Assembly (NCBI GenBank): GCA_009937445.1
Contig: JAACFM010000002.1
Coordinates: 11,551-75,550, forward strand
Direction: 5' to 3'
Length of the DNA: 64,000 bases
DNA from: Gammaproteobacteria bacterium
Lineage (GTDB): Bacteria; Pseudomonadota; Gammaproteobacteria; Steroidobacterales; Woeseiaceae
Under the pieces are notes generated by a model that was given only the letters and a program-made list of their open reading frames with translations, was not told the origin of the DNA and did no database searches. Position numbers and translations under genes: made by a program. Of the stretch, positions 20,249 to 28,951 are shown in pieces; the first letter of the stretch is position 1; every line of letters begins with the position of its first letter.

Positions 20249-21457
20249 CTATTCGTGACGCAGAGCTTCGATGGGGTCGAGCCCGGCTGCGCGCTTGGCT
20301 GGCCAGATGCCGAAAATCATCCCGACAGCAGCACTGAAACCAAAAGCCATGATGGCGGATTCCGACGTGACAACCGTTTGCCAACCGGCGTACTTGGCCA
20401 GCAATGCAGACGCACCGGCTCCAAGTGCGAGGCCGAGCAGGCCACCCAACAGACACAAAATAGTCGACTCAACCAGAAATTGAAGAAGAATGTTGCCCTT
20501 GGTTGCGCCCAAGGCTTTGCGTACGCCGATTTCTCTTGTTCGCTCAGTAACGGTCACGAGCATGATGTTCATGATGCCTATGCCACCAACGACCAGACTG
20601 ACACCGGCGATCCCCGCCAGCAAATAGGTAAACACCTGCGTTGCCTCCTGTCGAGACTGGGCAAATTGCTTGCGATTCATGATGGCGAAATCGTTGTCCT
20701 TGCCTGGAAGAACGCCGTGCTCACGACGCAGTACTCGTTCAATCTCCAGCATCGCCATTGGAACGGTCGAGGCGTCACTCACTTTTGCGCTGATTGTCTG
20801 GACGAACTCATTACCGGTTACACGAAACTGTGCGGTCGACAAAGGGATCCAGATATCGTCATCCGGGTTGCGCCAGCCGGAGCCACCTTTCGCTTCCATG
20901 ACGCCGATAATCTCGAAAGTGATGGAACGAATTTGCACTTTTTGGCCGACCAGCAGGGCCGCATCAACCTCCAGCATGCCAGGGATTTCTGACCCAAGGA
21001 CGACAACCCGACGCCTCGCTGAATTATCCGCCGGTGAAATAAACTCGCCGTGCGCCAGGGTGAATCCGTGCACGTCGGGATAATTAGGTGTTGTTCCGAT
21101 AGTCGTCAGATTGAAATTCTTGTTGCCGTATTTAATCTGAAAACGGGAACTGATCTCAGGAACGACGTCAGAAACATGTTCGGAACCCACCGCCAATGCC
21201 ATAGCGTCATCGGTCGTCAATGTCTGCTGATCTCTGGCAACCCCTCTGCTGAACCAGGACGATGACTGGATCGACAGAATGTCGCCACCCAAAGCTGCCA
21301 TCTGTTCATCAATGGCACGTTGCGCACCTGTACCCAAAGCAACCATAGTAATGACTGCGCCAACGCCTATGATTATTCCGAGCATGGTGAGCAGCGCCCG
21401 GAACAAATTACCTCGAATGGACATCAGGGAGATGCGAATGGTTTCTGTAATCAACAT
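20249..21457 (-). CDS. ABC exporter permease, MacB/FtsX-type with periplasmic domain
   Basis: 402 aa. N-terminal TM, large periplasmic domain, C-terminal FtsX-like 3 TM (REIGVRKALGA). Third gene of the ATPase-adaptor-permease operon. Confidence 0.85.
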   Translation of the reverse strand: MLITETIRISLMSIRGNLFRALLTMLGIIIGVGAVITMVALGTGAQRAIDEQMAALGGDILSIQSSSWFSRGVARDQQTLTTDDAMALAVGSEHVSDVVPEISSRFQIKYGNKNFNLTTIGTTPNYPDVHGFTLAHGEFISPADNSARRRVVVLGSEIPGMLEVDAALLVGQKVQIRSITFEIIGVMEAKGGSGWRNPDDDIWIPLSTAQFRVTGNEFVQTISAKVSDASTVPMAMLEIERVLRREHGVLPGKDNDFAIMNRKQFAQSRQEATQVFTYLLAGIAGVSLVVGGIGIMNIMLVTVTERTREIGVRKALGATKGNILLQFLVESTILCLLGGLLGLALGAGASALLAKYAGWQTVVTSESAIMAFGFSAAVGMIFGIWPAKRAAGLDPIEALRHE

Positions 21458-21460
21458 AGC

Positions 21461-22873
21461 TTAGCCGATTCCTGGAACGCCTCTGACACGACGGTTTATA
21501 AAGTTCTGCAAGTCCTGCTGCGTTTCGACCAAGTGGCTGCTTGGCAGTATCAAGACGCGCTCTGACTCGTCCAGACCACGGATAATCTCAACGTCGCTCA
21601 AGTCGGTAACCCCCGTCGTGACTTTCCGGATTTCCTGTTTTTCAGTGTCAAGAACCACCCAAAACTCACCACCGAAACGATAGTCGGACTTTGGCTGCGA
21701 CCCGGACTTCGACCCGGCGCCCTGAAAAAGTGAGCGGATGAGTTTCTGCTCTTCTGCTGTCAACGTTCCTCCGTTGCGCCCTTTGTCCATCATCTTGCGG
21801 ACGTCCTCGGCTTTCACGCCCTTCGGTAACTCGATTGTCTGCCCTCTCATTTCAATCGTCTCTGGAGCATCCGGATCCGCTTGCTGTTTGTCTCCACCGG
21901 CATCAGCAAGCGCATTGCGAATGTCATCTTCCGACCGGCCGAGAATCCCGGCTGTCGATGTCAGGTCGCGGCTCGTGCGCAACGCCATGACCGGTATCGT
22001 CATAGCGTTTTCACTTCTGGCAATTGAGACTTCGACTTCGGCATTCATTCCCGGCATTAACAGGCCATCGGGGTTCTGGATGGAAATCAAAACGGCGAAC
22101 ATAGTGACGTTCTGCTCGAGCACCGCTTGCGGCTCGATCTTCAGCACCTCGCCCGGGAACGGCTGGTTCGGGTACGCCGCAACCGTAACGCTGGCCGTCA
22201 TGCCGGCCCTGATCTTGCCGATGTCCGTTTCATCCACCAGCGAGCGGATTTGAACCGCGCTCAGATCCGCCATCTGCATCAGCATGGTGCCGCCCGAGAA
22301 ATCCTGTGTCGGTGAAGAAATGACCTGCCCTATTTCAACAGGCTTATAAATAATGGTGCCGGCGATCGGTGCCCTGATATCGGTATCGTCCACCGCGATA
22401 CGGGCATTTTCAACGCTCACTCGGGACGTAACGACCTGTGCTTCCGAGTTCGCAAGATCGAGCTGCGCTTGTTCCAGGTCGGACTGGGTCAGTGTTCCCG
22501 CCTTGACCAGCGATTCAACCCGCGCAATCTGTGTCTGGGCAATTTCGCGCCGCGACAGCGCCGCTTTGAGTTCCGCGTCTGACTGATCCAAACGATTCCT
22601 GACGGTCCGCGGATCAATGCTTACCATCAGCGACCCCTGTTCGACCCTGTCGCCGGTCGCGACAAACAAATCAAGTACCTCACCAGACGCCTTCGATTTT
22701 ACTTCGACCGTTGCGAGTGGCTCGACGATTCCTGCGGAACTGACCACCACCTCAAGAGTTCGTCTTTCAACGCCTGCCGTATCGTATACCGGGCCAGATA
22801 CGGTTTCCTCAGCACACGCCGATATAAGTAAGGGGACTAAAAGTAATGCGTATCGTTTCATTATCGTATTCAA
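21461..22873 (-). CDS. Periplasmic adaptor (HlyD/MacA family) of the ABC exporter
   Basis: Lipoprotein-like N-terminus (LLVPLLISAC), coiled-coil hairpin region and barrel-sandwich motifs. Carries a Lys/Gly-rich insertion of about 90 aa near the C-terminus. Confidence 0.8.
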   Translation of the reverse strand: MNTIMKRYALLLVPLLISACAEETVSGPVYDTAGVERRTLEVVVSSAGIVEPLATVEVKSKASGEVLDLFVATGDRVEQGSLMVSIDPRTVRNRLDQSDAELKAALSRREIAQTQIARVESLVKAGTLTQSDLEQAQLDLANSEAQVVTSRVSVENARIAVDDTDIRAPIAGTIIYKPVEIGQVISSPTQDFSGGTMLMQMADLSAVQIRSLVDETDIGKIRAGMTASVTVAAYPNQPFPGEVLKIEPQAVLEQNVTMFAVLISIQNPDGLLMPGMNAEVEVSIARSENAMTIPVMALRTSRDLTSTAGILGRSEDDIRNALADAGGDKQQADPDAPETIEMRGQTIELPKGVKAEDVRKMMDKGRNGGTLTAEEQKLIRSLFQGAGSKSGSQPKSDYRFGGEFWVVLDTEKQEIRKVTTGVTDLSDVEIIRGLDESERVLILPSSHLVETQQDLQNFINRRVRGVPGIG

Positions 22874-22884
22874 TGTCTAACGTT

Positions 22885-23601
22885 TTAGGATTTTTGATCA
22901 CTCAGAATATCGCCATCACTGAGGCGCACAATTCGTTCCGCGTGATCCGCGATATGCTGCTCATGGGTGACCACGATCAGTGTGTTGCCCTGCTCATGCA
23001 AGCTGTCGAACAACTTCATAATTTCGTTGCCGGTACTCGAATCCAGATTTCCAGTCGGCTCGTCCGCAAGCAAGATGCTTGGATTCGTGACCAGCGCACG
23101 TGCGACTGCGACACGCTGCCGCTGGCCCCCGGACAATTCTGATGGTCGGTGCATCATGCGATCGGCAAGACCTACCGTTTCCAGTGCTGATTTTGCGCGC
23201 ACGTATCGATCTTTTCGATTCAGACCGCTGTAGATCAGCGGCACCTCAACATTGGCAAGCGCCGTCATTCGAGGCAGCAGATTAAAGGTCTGAAAAACGA
23301 AACCGATCGCCTGATTCCTGGCACGGGCGAGCTCGCGATCATTCATCTCCGACACTCGCTGCTGATTTAACCAGTACTCACCTGCGGTCGGTCTGTCCAG
23401 ACAACCGATAATATTCATCAGCGTTGACTTTCCGGAGCCGGACTGCCCCATGATCGCGAGGTACTCGTTTGCTTCGACAGTAAGATCGACGGCACGCAGC
23501 GCATCGATGAACTCTGCGCCCATGACGTATCGACGCTGCAAGCCCTGGAGCCGGATAACAGCGGAAGTATTTGCTTGAGCGTCAAGCGCGGCGGTTTTCA
23601 A
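22885..23601 (-). CDS. ABC transporter ATP-binding protein (MacB/LolD-like, separate polypeptide)
   Basis: Walker [10 protein letters not shown], signature [15 protein letters not shown], Walker [13 protein letters not shown]. Confidence 0.9.
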   Translation of the reverse strand: MKTAALDAQANTSAVIRLQGLQRRYVMGAEFIDALRAVDLTVEANEYLAIMGQSGSGKSTLMNIIGCLDRPTAGEYWLNQQRVSEMNDRELARARNQAIGFVFQTFNLLPRMTALANVEVPLIYSGLNRKDRYVRAKSALETVGLADRMMHRPSELSGGQRQRVAVARALVTNPSILLADEPTGNLDSSTGNEIMKLFDSLHEQGNTLIVVTHEQHIADHAERIVRLSDGDILSDQKS

Positions 23602-23663
23602 TGGTCGGCCTGTAATTCAGTGGCCGTCAATTAGACCTTAATACAGCGGTCTCTGCATTGATT

Positions 23664-25616
23664 TCACATGGCTTTTTCGAGTAAATCCCGGCGCCGTATC
23701 TTCGTCACACCGCGACATCGTGACTTCGCCCGATACATCGCTTGATCCGCCTCGCGCAACAAGCCGGTCAGTGTATTGGCGTTTTTGGGATAGAGGGCCA
23801 GACCAATACTTGCCGGACAGTGCAGGTTTTCTCGCCCGATCAGGTAGGGTTCTTTAAGCGCTGCGGTAAGACGGGTTGCGAGCTGCTCCGCAACATCGGA
23901 CTCAACATCCGGAACCAGAGCAACGAACTCGTCACCACCCGGACGCCCAATGATGTCGCAAGATCGCAGGCTTTTCCTCAAGCGATCAGATGCCTCAGTC
24001 AACAACTGGTCACCCACCTCGTGGCCGAATGCATCGTTGATCTGTTTGAAGTCATTAAGATCAATGAACAGGAGAGCGCCCGTTGCATCATCCGCGCTAT
24101 CGGTCAGTCGACGAGCAGCATCCCGCTCGAAACCGCGACGATTCAGAACACCGGTCAGCGGATCCGAGGTTGCGATGGATTCCATCTTGCGCTCTTTCGC
24201 TTTGCCGTCGGTTATATCAACGAATGTTGCAGCAATATCGTCACCGACAGGCTCGCAGATCATTCGCAGCCAGCGAACAGGTCCCGTGCGACGATGTCGA
24301 ATTTCGACATCAAGACTGTTACCGCTGTAAACAGCTCGTTCGAACTGCTCAATAATATCGTCCGCTTCGTTACCCTGCATGCCACAAGTGGCCAGTTTGA
24401 CAATCTCCTCGGCCGTATTGTCGACCATATCGTCCGCGTCTTTGCCGAGAAATTTTCCTGCAGCTGCGTTTGCAAAGATCGATCTCAAGCTTTTTTTGCC
24501 GTTGTCATCACGAACCCAACGGAGTCGCACGATGCCATTCACGGAATGATCGATCAGTGTTCGTAATAACTTTTCGCTCTTGCGTACCTCGGACTGAGCT
24601 CTTTCGACGTCGCTTACATCGCGGAACATCAGTACCCGCCCGCCGCGCGTAGATGTTCGATTAGTCGCGATTTTGGAAACCTGCACATGCAGGAAACGAC
24701 CAGTGCTGGTCATCATTTTCTGCGGCTGACCGGAATTCAATGCCTCGAAAACCTCAGGCGCATCGTCTCCGAGTATGTTTTCGAGAGGCCTGCGTAAAGC
24801 GTCCTTTTCGTCGACTAACAGCATGTTTTCCGCAGTGTGGTTCAGGCCAATGACACGACACTGATCATCAATCACCACAACCGGGTCCTGCATGTTCTGG
24901 AAAACCGTCTCGTAGGCAAGCGGCGTAAACTCTATAATTTGTTCGCCGATGATCAGCCAGGCGTAGATCGGCAGCATTGCTGCGAAGACGATGGGCACAT
25001 AGGAAATGGTGTTCGGGCCAAAGCCCAAATCATAGGCCGCTGTCGCCGTTAGCGGAGCCACGCAGGCAGCGATCAGCAGAAACAGGCCCCTACGCTGCGC
25101 CGGTGCGACAGCCGAACTGTGCGCGATCAGTGTCAATATCGCGGCACCGATGACCGCGTAGCTGTAGGGTAAATGGACGAACAGGAACCAGGGTCCCCAG
25201 CGTTCCGGTCGAGTCAGAAATTCTCCTGCCTCGTTGGCGATAGGCAAGAACCACATCGCTTCGTGCTGATGATTAGTGGCCGCGAGCAGTACCGACATAG
25301 TCGGTATGATCATCAAAAGTATCAGGGTGCGTAGCGGCGTTTCAGATCCGGTGTACTCACGGAAACAGACATACGCAACGATCGGAACAAGCGCGGTGCC
25401 AACGAAATGTCCAGTGCGCCCAATCGTGAATACATCGAAGGTGCTGGACATGAGCTCTATAGCACCACCCATTACCCAGATGCTCACCACGATAAGCAGC
25501 GCGCCGATCGGAAAGCTTCCTACCTCACGCTGGCTGGCCACTAGCCGCCAGCCGAGCAGCAGGTAACAGGCGGCACTGAAGATCAGCAGGATGGCAAGTG
25601 CGACGTCCAGGTTCAT
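23664..25616 (-). CDS. Membrane sensor diguanylate cyclase (multi-TM N-terminus, PAS-like regions, GGDEF)
   Basis: About 7 hydrophobic segments in the first ~230 aa. C-terminal GGDEF domain (RPGGDEFVALV, DPLTGVLNRRGF). No EAL or HD-GYP domain. Confidence 0.85.
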   Translation of the reverse strand: MNLDVALAILLIFSAACYLLLGWRLVASQREVGSFPIGALLIVVSIWVMGGAIELMSSTFDVFTIGRTGHFVGTALVPIVAYVCFREYTGSETPLRTLILLMIIPTMSVLLAATNHQHEAMWFLPIANEAGEFLTRPERWGPWFLFVHLPYSYAVIGAAILTLIAHSSAVAPAQRRGLFLLIAACVAPLTATAAYDLGFGPNTISYVPIVFAAMLPIYAWLIIGEQIIEFTPLAYETVFQNMQDPVVVIDDQCRVIGLNHTAENMLLVDEKDALRRPLENILGDDAPEVFEALNSGQPQKMMTSTGRFLHVQVSKIATNRTSTRGGRVLMFRDVSDVERAQSEVRKSEKLLRTLIDHSVNGIVRLRWVRDDNGKKSLRSIFANAAAGKFLGKDADDMVDNTAEEIVKLATCGMQGNEADDIIEQFERAVYSGNSLDVEIRHRRTGPVRWLRMICEPVGDDIAATFVDITDGKAKERKMESIATSDPLTGVLNRRGFERDAARRLTDSADDATGALLFIDLNDFKQINDAFGHEVGDQLLTEASDRLRKSLRSCDIIGRPGGDEFVALVPDVESDVAEQLATRLTAALKEPYLIGRENLHCPASIGLALYPKNANTLTGLLREADQAMYRAKSRCRGVTKIRRRDLLEKAM

Positions 25617-25931
25617 CTCATTTCAAGCTCAACTTAACGATATCTGGTGATTGATATTACTGATCGCAAGTTATCGTTTCCGGGACCTGTCTCTCAGGAT
25701 TGACACGTTTGTTCAGCTGATAGGGTCCTTTTTTTGGCTCCCTGATCGGGCGTCAGCAGGCAACCGGGTTCAGAGAGTCTTTTAACTTATTGTTTTTTAT
25801 TGGGTTTGTTTTTGGAAAATCGCTCTGTGATGGTATTTCGTCCGCATTTGGGAAAGTTGCCGCAATTAATATGGGCCTCGGTTCTCAGAAATGTCGATTG
25901 GTTCCAAATCTGCTGGACATAATCGGTCAAA

Positions 25932-27113
25932 ATGATCTGCTCAATGAGCCGCCTAGTGAAAATAGCGCGAACTGCGACTCCGGGAACCGGGGTTCAGTTT
26001 CGCAAGGACAAATACGGCAGCAGTGGCATCCGTAGCTTTCTGCGTGATGTGCTTGCGTTGGCGAACGCAGCTGTAGACGGACCGCGATACATAGTCGTTG
26101 GCGCTGACTTCGACAGTAAAGGTCGCAGGATCGCGCAGACGATTGACGCGGAGGATTTTCTGGGAAAACCGTCGTATCAATCGCTTGCGAATGAATACAT
26201 CGAGCCGCCGATCAAGATCCGCTACAAGCCTGTAAGCGTTGACGGTCAGCGGGTCGGGGTTTTCGAGATTGGCGATAGCCAGGATCGTCCCTACATGATG
26301 CGAATCGATTACTCGGAGACACTCCGACGCGGTGACGCCTACGTTCGTTCCAAGAACAACGTAATGAAAATGGGCCGACGCCAACTCGCCGAACTCTTCG
26401 AAAAGAAGTTTCGCGATTCAGTATCGGCGGATGACATCGAGATCGGTTTTCCCGGCGAGATCATTCACAAGGACCTGGCGCTAAACTGCTGCGACCTGTC
26501 GCAGCTTCCCTCTGCTCTGGCGAGCCAGAAGCTCAACCAGTTGATGGATATCCGCAGCAATTCTAGAAACACTGGCTCGACGACGGTCATGGCCAGACTA
26601 ACCCACGCACGGCTATTCGGTGCTGACGATCCTTATGTAGACCGAACACCGCAGGATCTCCTGCAGGAGATGAGTGACCTGCGAGCCAAGTACCACGATC
26701 AGGACAATCATTTTCTGCATGAGTCCCACGCCGAGCACTTACAGGTTGTTGTTTACAACCAGGGCGACGAACCGATTATTGATGCCTCGATATCATTGAT
26801 AATGCCGAACCACAATGCGTTTTATCTGGCTGATACCTTGCCGAAGATACCGCGTAAGAGCGGTTTCGCCGATCGTTCACCCGACGAAATCGCCGCCTAT
26901 CCATCCGTCGTTTTGAAGGACGACTCCGTTCACGTAACCAGTAAGATCGGCGATATTCCGGTTGGTGAACCTGTCAAGGTTTTCGCCTTGCCATTGCGCC
27001 TGTGTGCTGGCGAAGACCTGATCGGCAAACGATTTGGCGTCCGCTACGCACTGCATGGCCAGAATCTGCGTTCACCGGCGAAAGGTCAGCTAAGACTGCT
27101 CTTCAGAGGCTAG
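25932..27113 (+). CDS. Hypothetical protein with N-terminal AlbA_2/Schlafen-like (divergent AAA-4) domain and uncharacterised C-terminal half
   Basis: VQFRKDKYGSSGIRSFLRDVLALANAAVDGPRYIVVGADFD fits the AlbA_2 pattern (xEFK...AFANxxGGxLxxGV) by eye. The remaining ~250 aa have no motif I recognise. Start is uncertain (ATG 25932 or 25944). Confidence 0.45.
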   Translation: MICSMSRLVKIARTATPGTGVQFRKDKYGSSGIRSFLRDVLALANAAVDGPRYIVVGADFDSKGRRIAQTIDAEDFLGKPSYQSLANEYIEPPIKIRYKPVSVDGQRVGVFEIGDSQDRPYMMRIDYSETLRRGDAYVRSKNNVMKMGRRQLAELFEKKFRDSVSADDIEIGFPGEIIHKDLALNCCDLSQLPSALASQKLNQLMDIRSNSRNTGSTTVMARLTHARLFGADDPYVDRTPQDLLQEMSDLRAKYHDQDNHFLHESHAEHLQVVVYNQGDEPIIDASISLIMPNHNAFYLADTLPKIPRKSGFADRSPDEIAAYPSVVLKDDSVHVTSKIGDIPVGEPVKVFALPLRLCAGEDLIGKRFGVRYALHGQNLRSPAKGQLRLLFRG

Positions 27114-27685
27114 CTCATCCACTTCTGCACCTTGGGTGCAGTGTAATTTTCGAACTGCCGGACCAGATCCACGGCGGTATTCGCACTCAGCAGCATGTTG
27201 CGGTTCTCCTCCCTGAGGAAGCATTCAGTTGTTGCATGATCGAAATATCGTAAAAGATGGTCGAAATAGCCATCGACGTTTAGCAGACCGCAAGGCTTGT
27301 CGTGAAACTTGAGTTGTCCCCAGGTAATGATTTCGATAATTTCTTCAAGGGTCCCATACCCGCCGGGCATCGCAATGAACCCGTCCGATAATGCGGCCAT
27401 CATGGTCTTGCGCTGGTGCATCGAGGACACGACATGCAACTCTGTCAGATGCTGGTGAGCCAGTTCCTTCTCACAGAGCATTTTCGGTATGACGCCATGC
27501 ACCTTTCCGCCCAGTTCCAGAACGGCGTCGGCGATCACCCCCATAATGCCCCTGTCAGCGCCGCCATAGACCAGTTCAAGATCATGGCGCACCAGCACAT
27601 CTGCGAGTTCGCGGGCGGCGTCAGCGTAAACGGAACGACTTCCCGCGTTAGAGCCACAATAAACACAAATCCTCTTCATACCCAA
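27110..27685 (-). CDS. LOG family (TIGR00730) nucleotide 5'-monophosphate phosphoribohydrolase
   Basis: ICVYCGS, GGADRGIMG and PGGYGTLEE motifs. 191 aa. Confidence 0.88.
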   Translation of the reverse strand: MGMKRICVYCGSNAGSRSVYADAARELADVLVRHDLELVYGGADRGIMGVIADAVLELGGKVHGVIPKMLCEKELAHQHLTELHVVSSMHQRKTMMAALSDGFIAMPGGYGTLEEIIEIITWGQLKFHDKPCGLLNVDGYFDHLLRYFDHATTECFLREENRNMLLSANTAVDLVRQFENYTAPKVQKWMS

Positions 27686-27690
27686 TATCG

Positions 27691-28263
27691 TCAGGCCGAT
27701 TTTTCTCTTGGTTTCACGCCCTGAACAATGGCGGCTATTTCAGGGCGACATTCGCGCAATTCCTCCGGCGTTAAAGCATCAAGCTCGTGGGGAAACACAA
27801 GCCATTCAGCGGTTTCGCGCAGGAAGTACTCTGGCGTAATATCCGTTTCGTTGCGGCTCGGTTTGAACCAGGGCACGGCGACACGAATGTCTGCAGGCGT
27901 ATTGCCCCTCGCGCGACGCGTTATTTCGTCGATCACTGCCACGATCGTATTGCCCGTATCGAATACGTCGTCGACGATCAATACACGATCGTCATGGCAA
28001 ATTTTCTTGATAATGTAGTTGAGGCCATGAACCGCAACCTTCCCACGCTCGTCGACGCCGACATAAGATGAGGTGCGGATCGCGATATGGTCCGACTGGA
28101 CACCGCAGTAAGACATTGTCTCCTGCAGCGCCATGCCGACCGGAGTACCGCCACGCCAGATGGCAATTATCATTGTCGGCTCAAAGCCGCTCTCAAGCAC
28201 CTGGATGCCAAGGTCGATTGAATCCAGGAGCAGTTCCTGAGCTGAAATTACAGTTTTGTCCAT
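27691..28263 (-). CDS. Type I phosphoribosyltransferase (purine PRTase-like), paralog 1
   Basis: PRPP loop VLIVDDVFDTGNT. WRGGTPVG and DHIAIRTSSY blocks shared with the divergent paralog. Confidence 0.75.
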   Translation of the reverse strand: MDKTVISAQELLLDSIDLGIQVLESGFEPTMIIAIWRGGTPVGMALQETMSYCGVQSDHIAIRTSSYVGVDERGKVAVHGLNYIIKKICHDDRVLIVDDVFDTGNTIVAVIDEITRRARGNTPADIRVAVPWFKPSRNETDITPEYFLRETAEWLVFPHELDALTPEELRECRPEIAAIVQGVKPREKSA

Positions 28264-28298
28264 TATTATTCTCTTCTGTGCGGACGGCAGGCGATCGG

Positions 28299-28304
28299 TA
28301 TAAT
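28299..28304 (+). promoter_or_regulatory. Candidate -10 element (TATAAT) for PRTase paralog 2 operon
   Basis: GGTATAAT lies 45 nt upstream of ATG 28349 in the 85-bp divergent spacer. There is no convincing -35. Confidence 0.3.
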
Positions 28305-28348
28305 GCCCGACTCCAATTCTAGCGCAGCATGGCCCGGGAATAACAACA

Positions 28349-28951
28349 ATGAATGAGCGATTTATCGCCGCGGACGACCTGCTTCGAGATTCGTTTCAGC
28401 TGGCAGCCAATATTTACGACGCGGGATTCGAACCTGACTTCCTGGTTGGACTCTGGCGTGGCGGCAGCGCCGTCGGCATCGCGGTGCAGGAAGGCCTCGA
28501 CTACTTTGGCACCAAGACCGACCACATCGCCATTCGCACGTCCTATACCGGCGCTGCCGGATATTCGCAGATGGTCAGCAAAGCGGACTCCATTCGTGTC
28601 CACGGCATGCAGTATCTGCTGGAAAACCTCAGCGCTCATCATTCGCTGCTTATCGTTGACGATGTCTACAGTACCGGTTCAAGCGTCAACGCCGTCATCA
28701 AGCAGCTGGCGAGAAAAACCCGGCGTAACCTGCCTCACGATATCCGGGTGGGAACGGTCTGGTACCGTCCGACCGAGAAAACGCTGCGAACACCGGAGTA
28801 TTTTGTTCACGAAACGAGCGATTGGCTGGTACTTCCGTACGAGCTGTCCGGATTCTCTATCGACGAATTGCGCGAGAATCGGCCGGACATGTCGGGTCTG
28901 ATTGACCGTCTCGCCCCGCACGTAAAACCGGACCGCAATACCCGAGACTGA
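28349..28951 (+). CDS. Type I phosphoribosyltransferase (purine PRTase-like), paralog 2
   Basis: PRPP loop LLIVDDVYSTGSS. About 40% identity by eye to paralog 1 along the full length. Confidence 0.75.
   Translation: MNERFIAADDLLRDSFQLAANIYDAGFEPDFLVGLWRGGSAVGIAVQEGLDYFGTKTDHIAIRTSYTGAAGYSQMVSKADSIRVHGMQYLLENLSAHHSLLIVDDVYSTGSSVNAVIKQLARKTRRNLPHDIRVGTVWYRPTEKTLRTPEYFVHETSDWLVLPYELSGFSIDELRENRPDMSGLIDRLAPHVKPDRNTRD

Noticed and set aside
25790-26035. 81-aa ORF in the long spacer upstream of the AlbA_2-like gene
   Set aside because: It has no motifs and no ribosome-binding site, and it overlaps the start of the larger ORF. It is most likely non-coding promoter DNA.
27110-28951. LOG plus PRTase genes as a retron-like or nucleotide-depletion anti-phage module
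   Set aside because: There is no reverse transcriptase, ncRNA-like structured region, nuclease, sensor NTPase or mobile-element context. The proteins carry canonical housekeeping motifs and sit among purine metabolism genes. I treated the cluster as salvage metabolism and still flagged the paralog arrangement.
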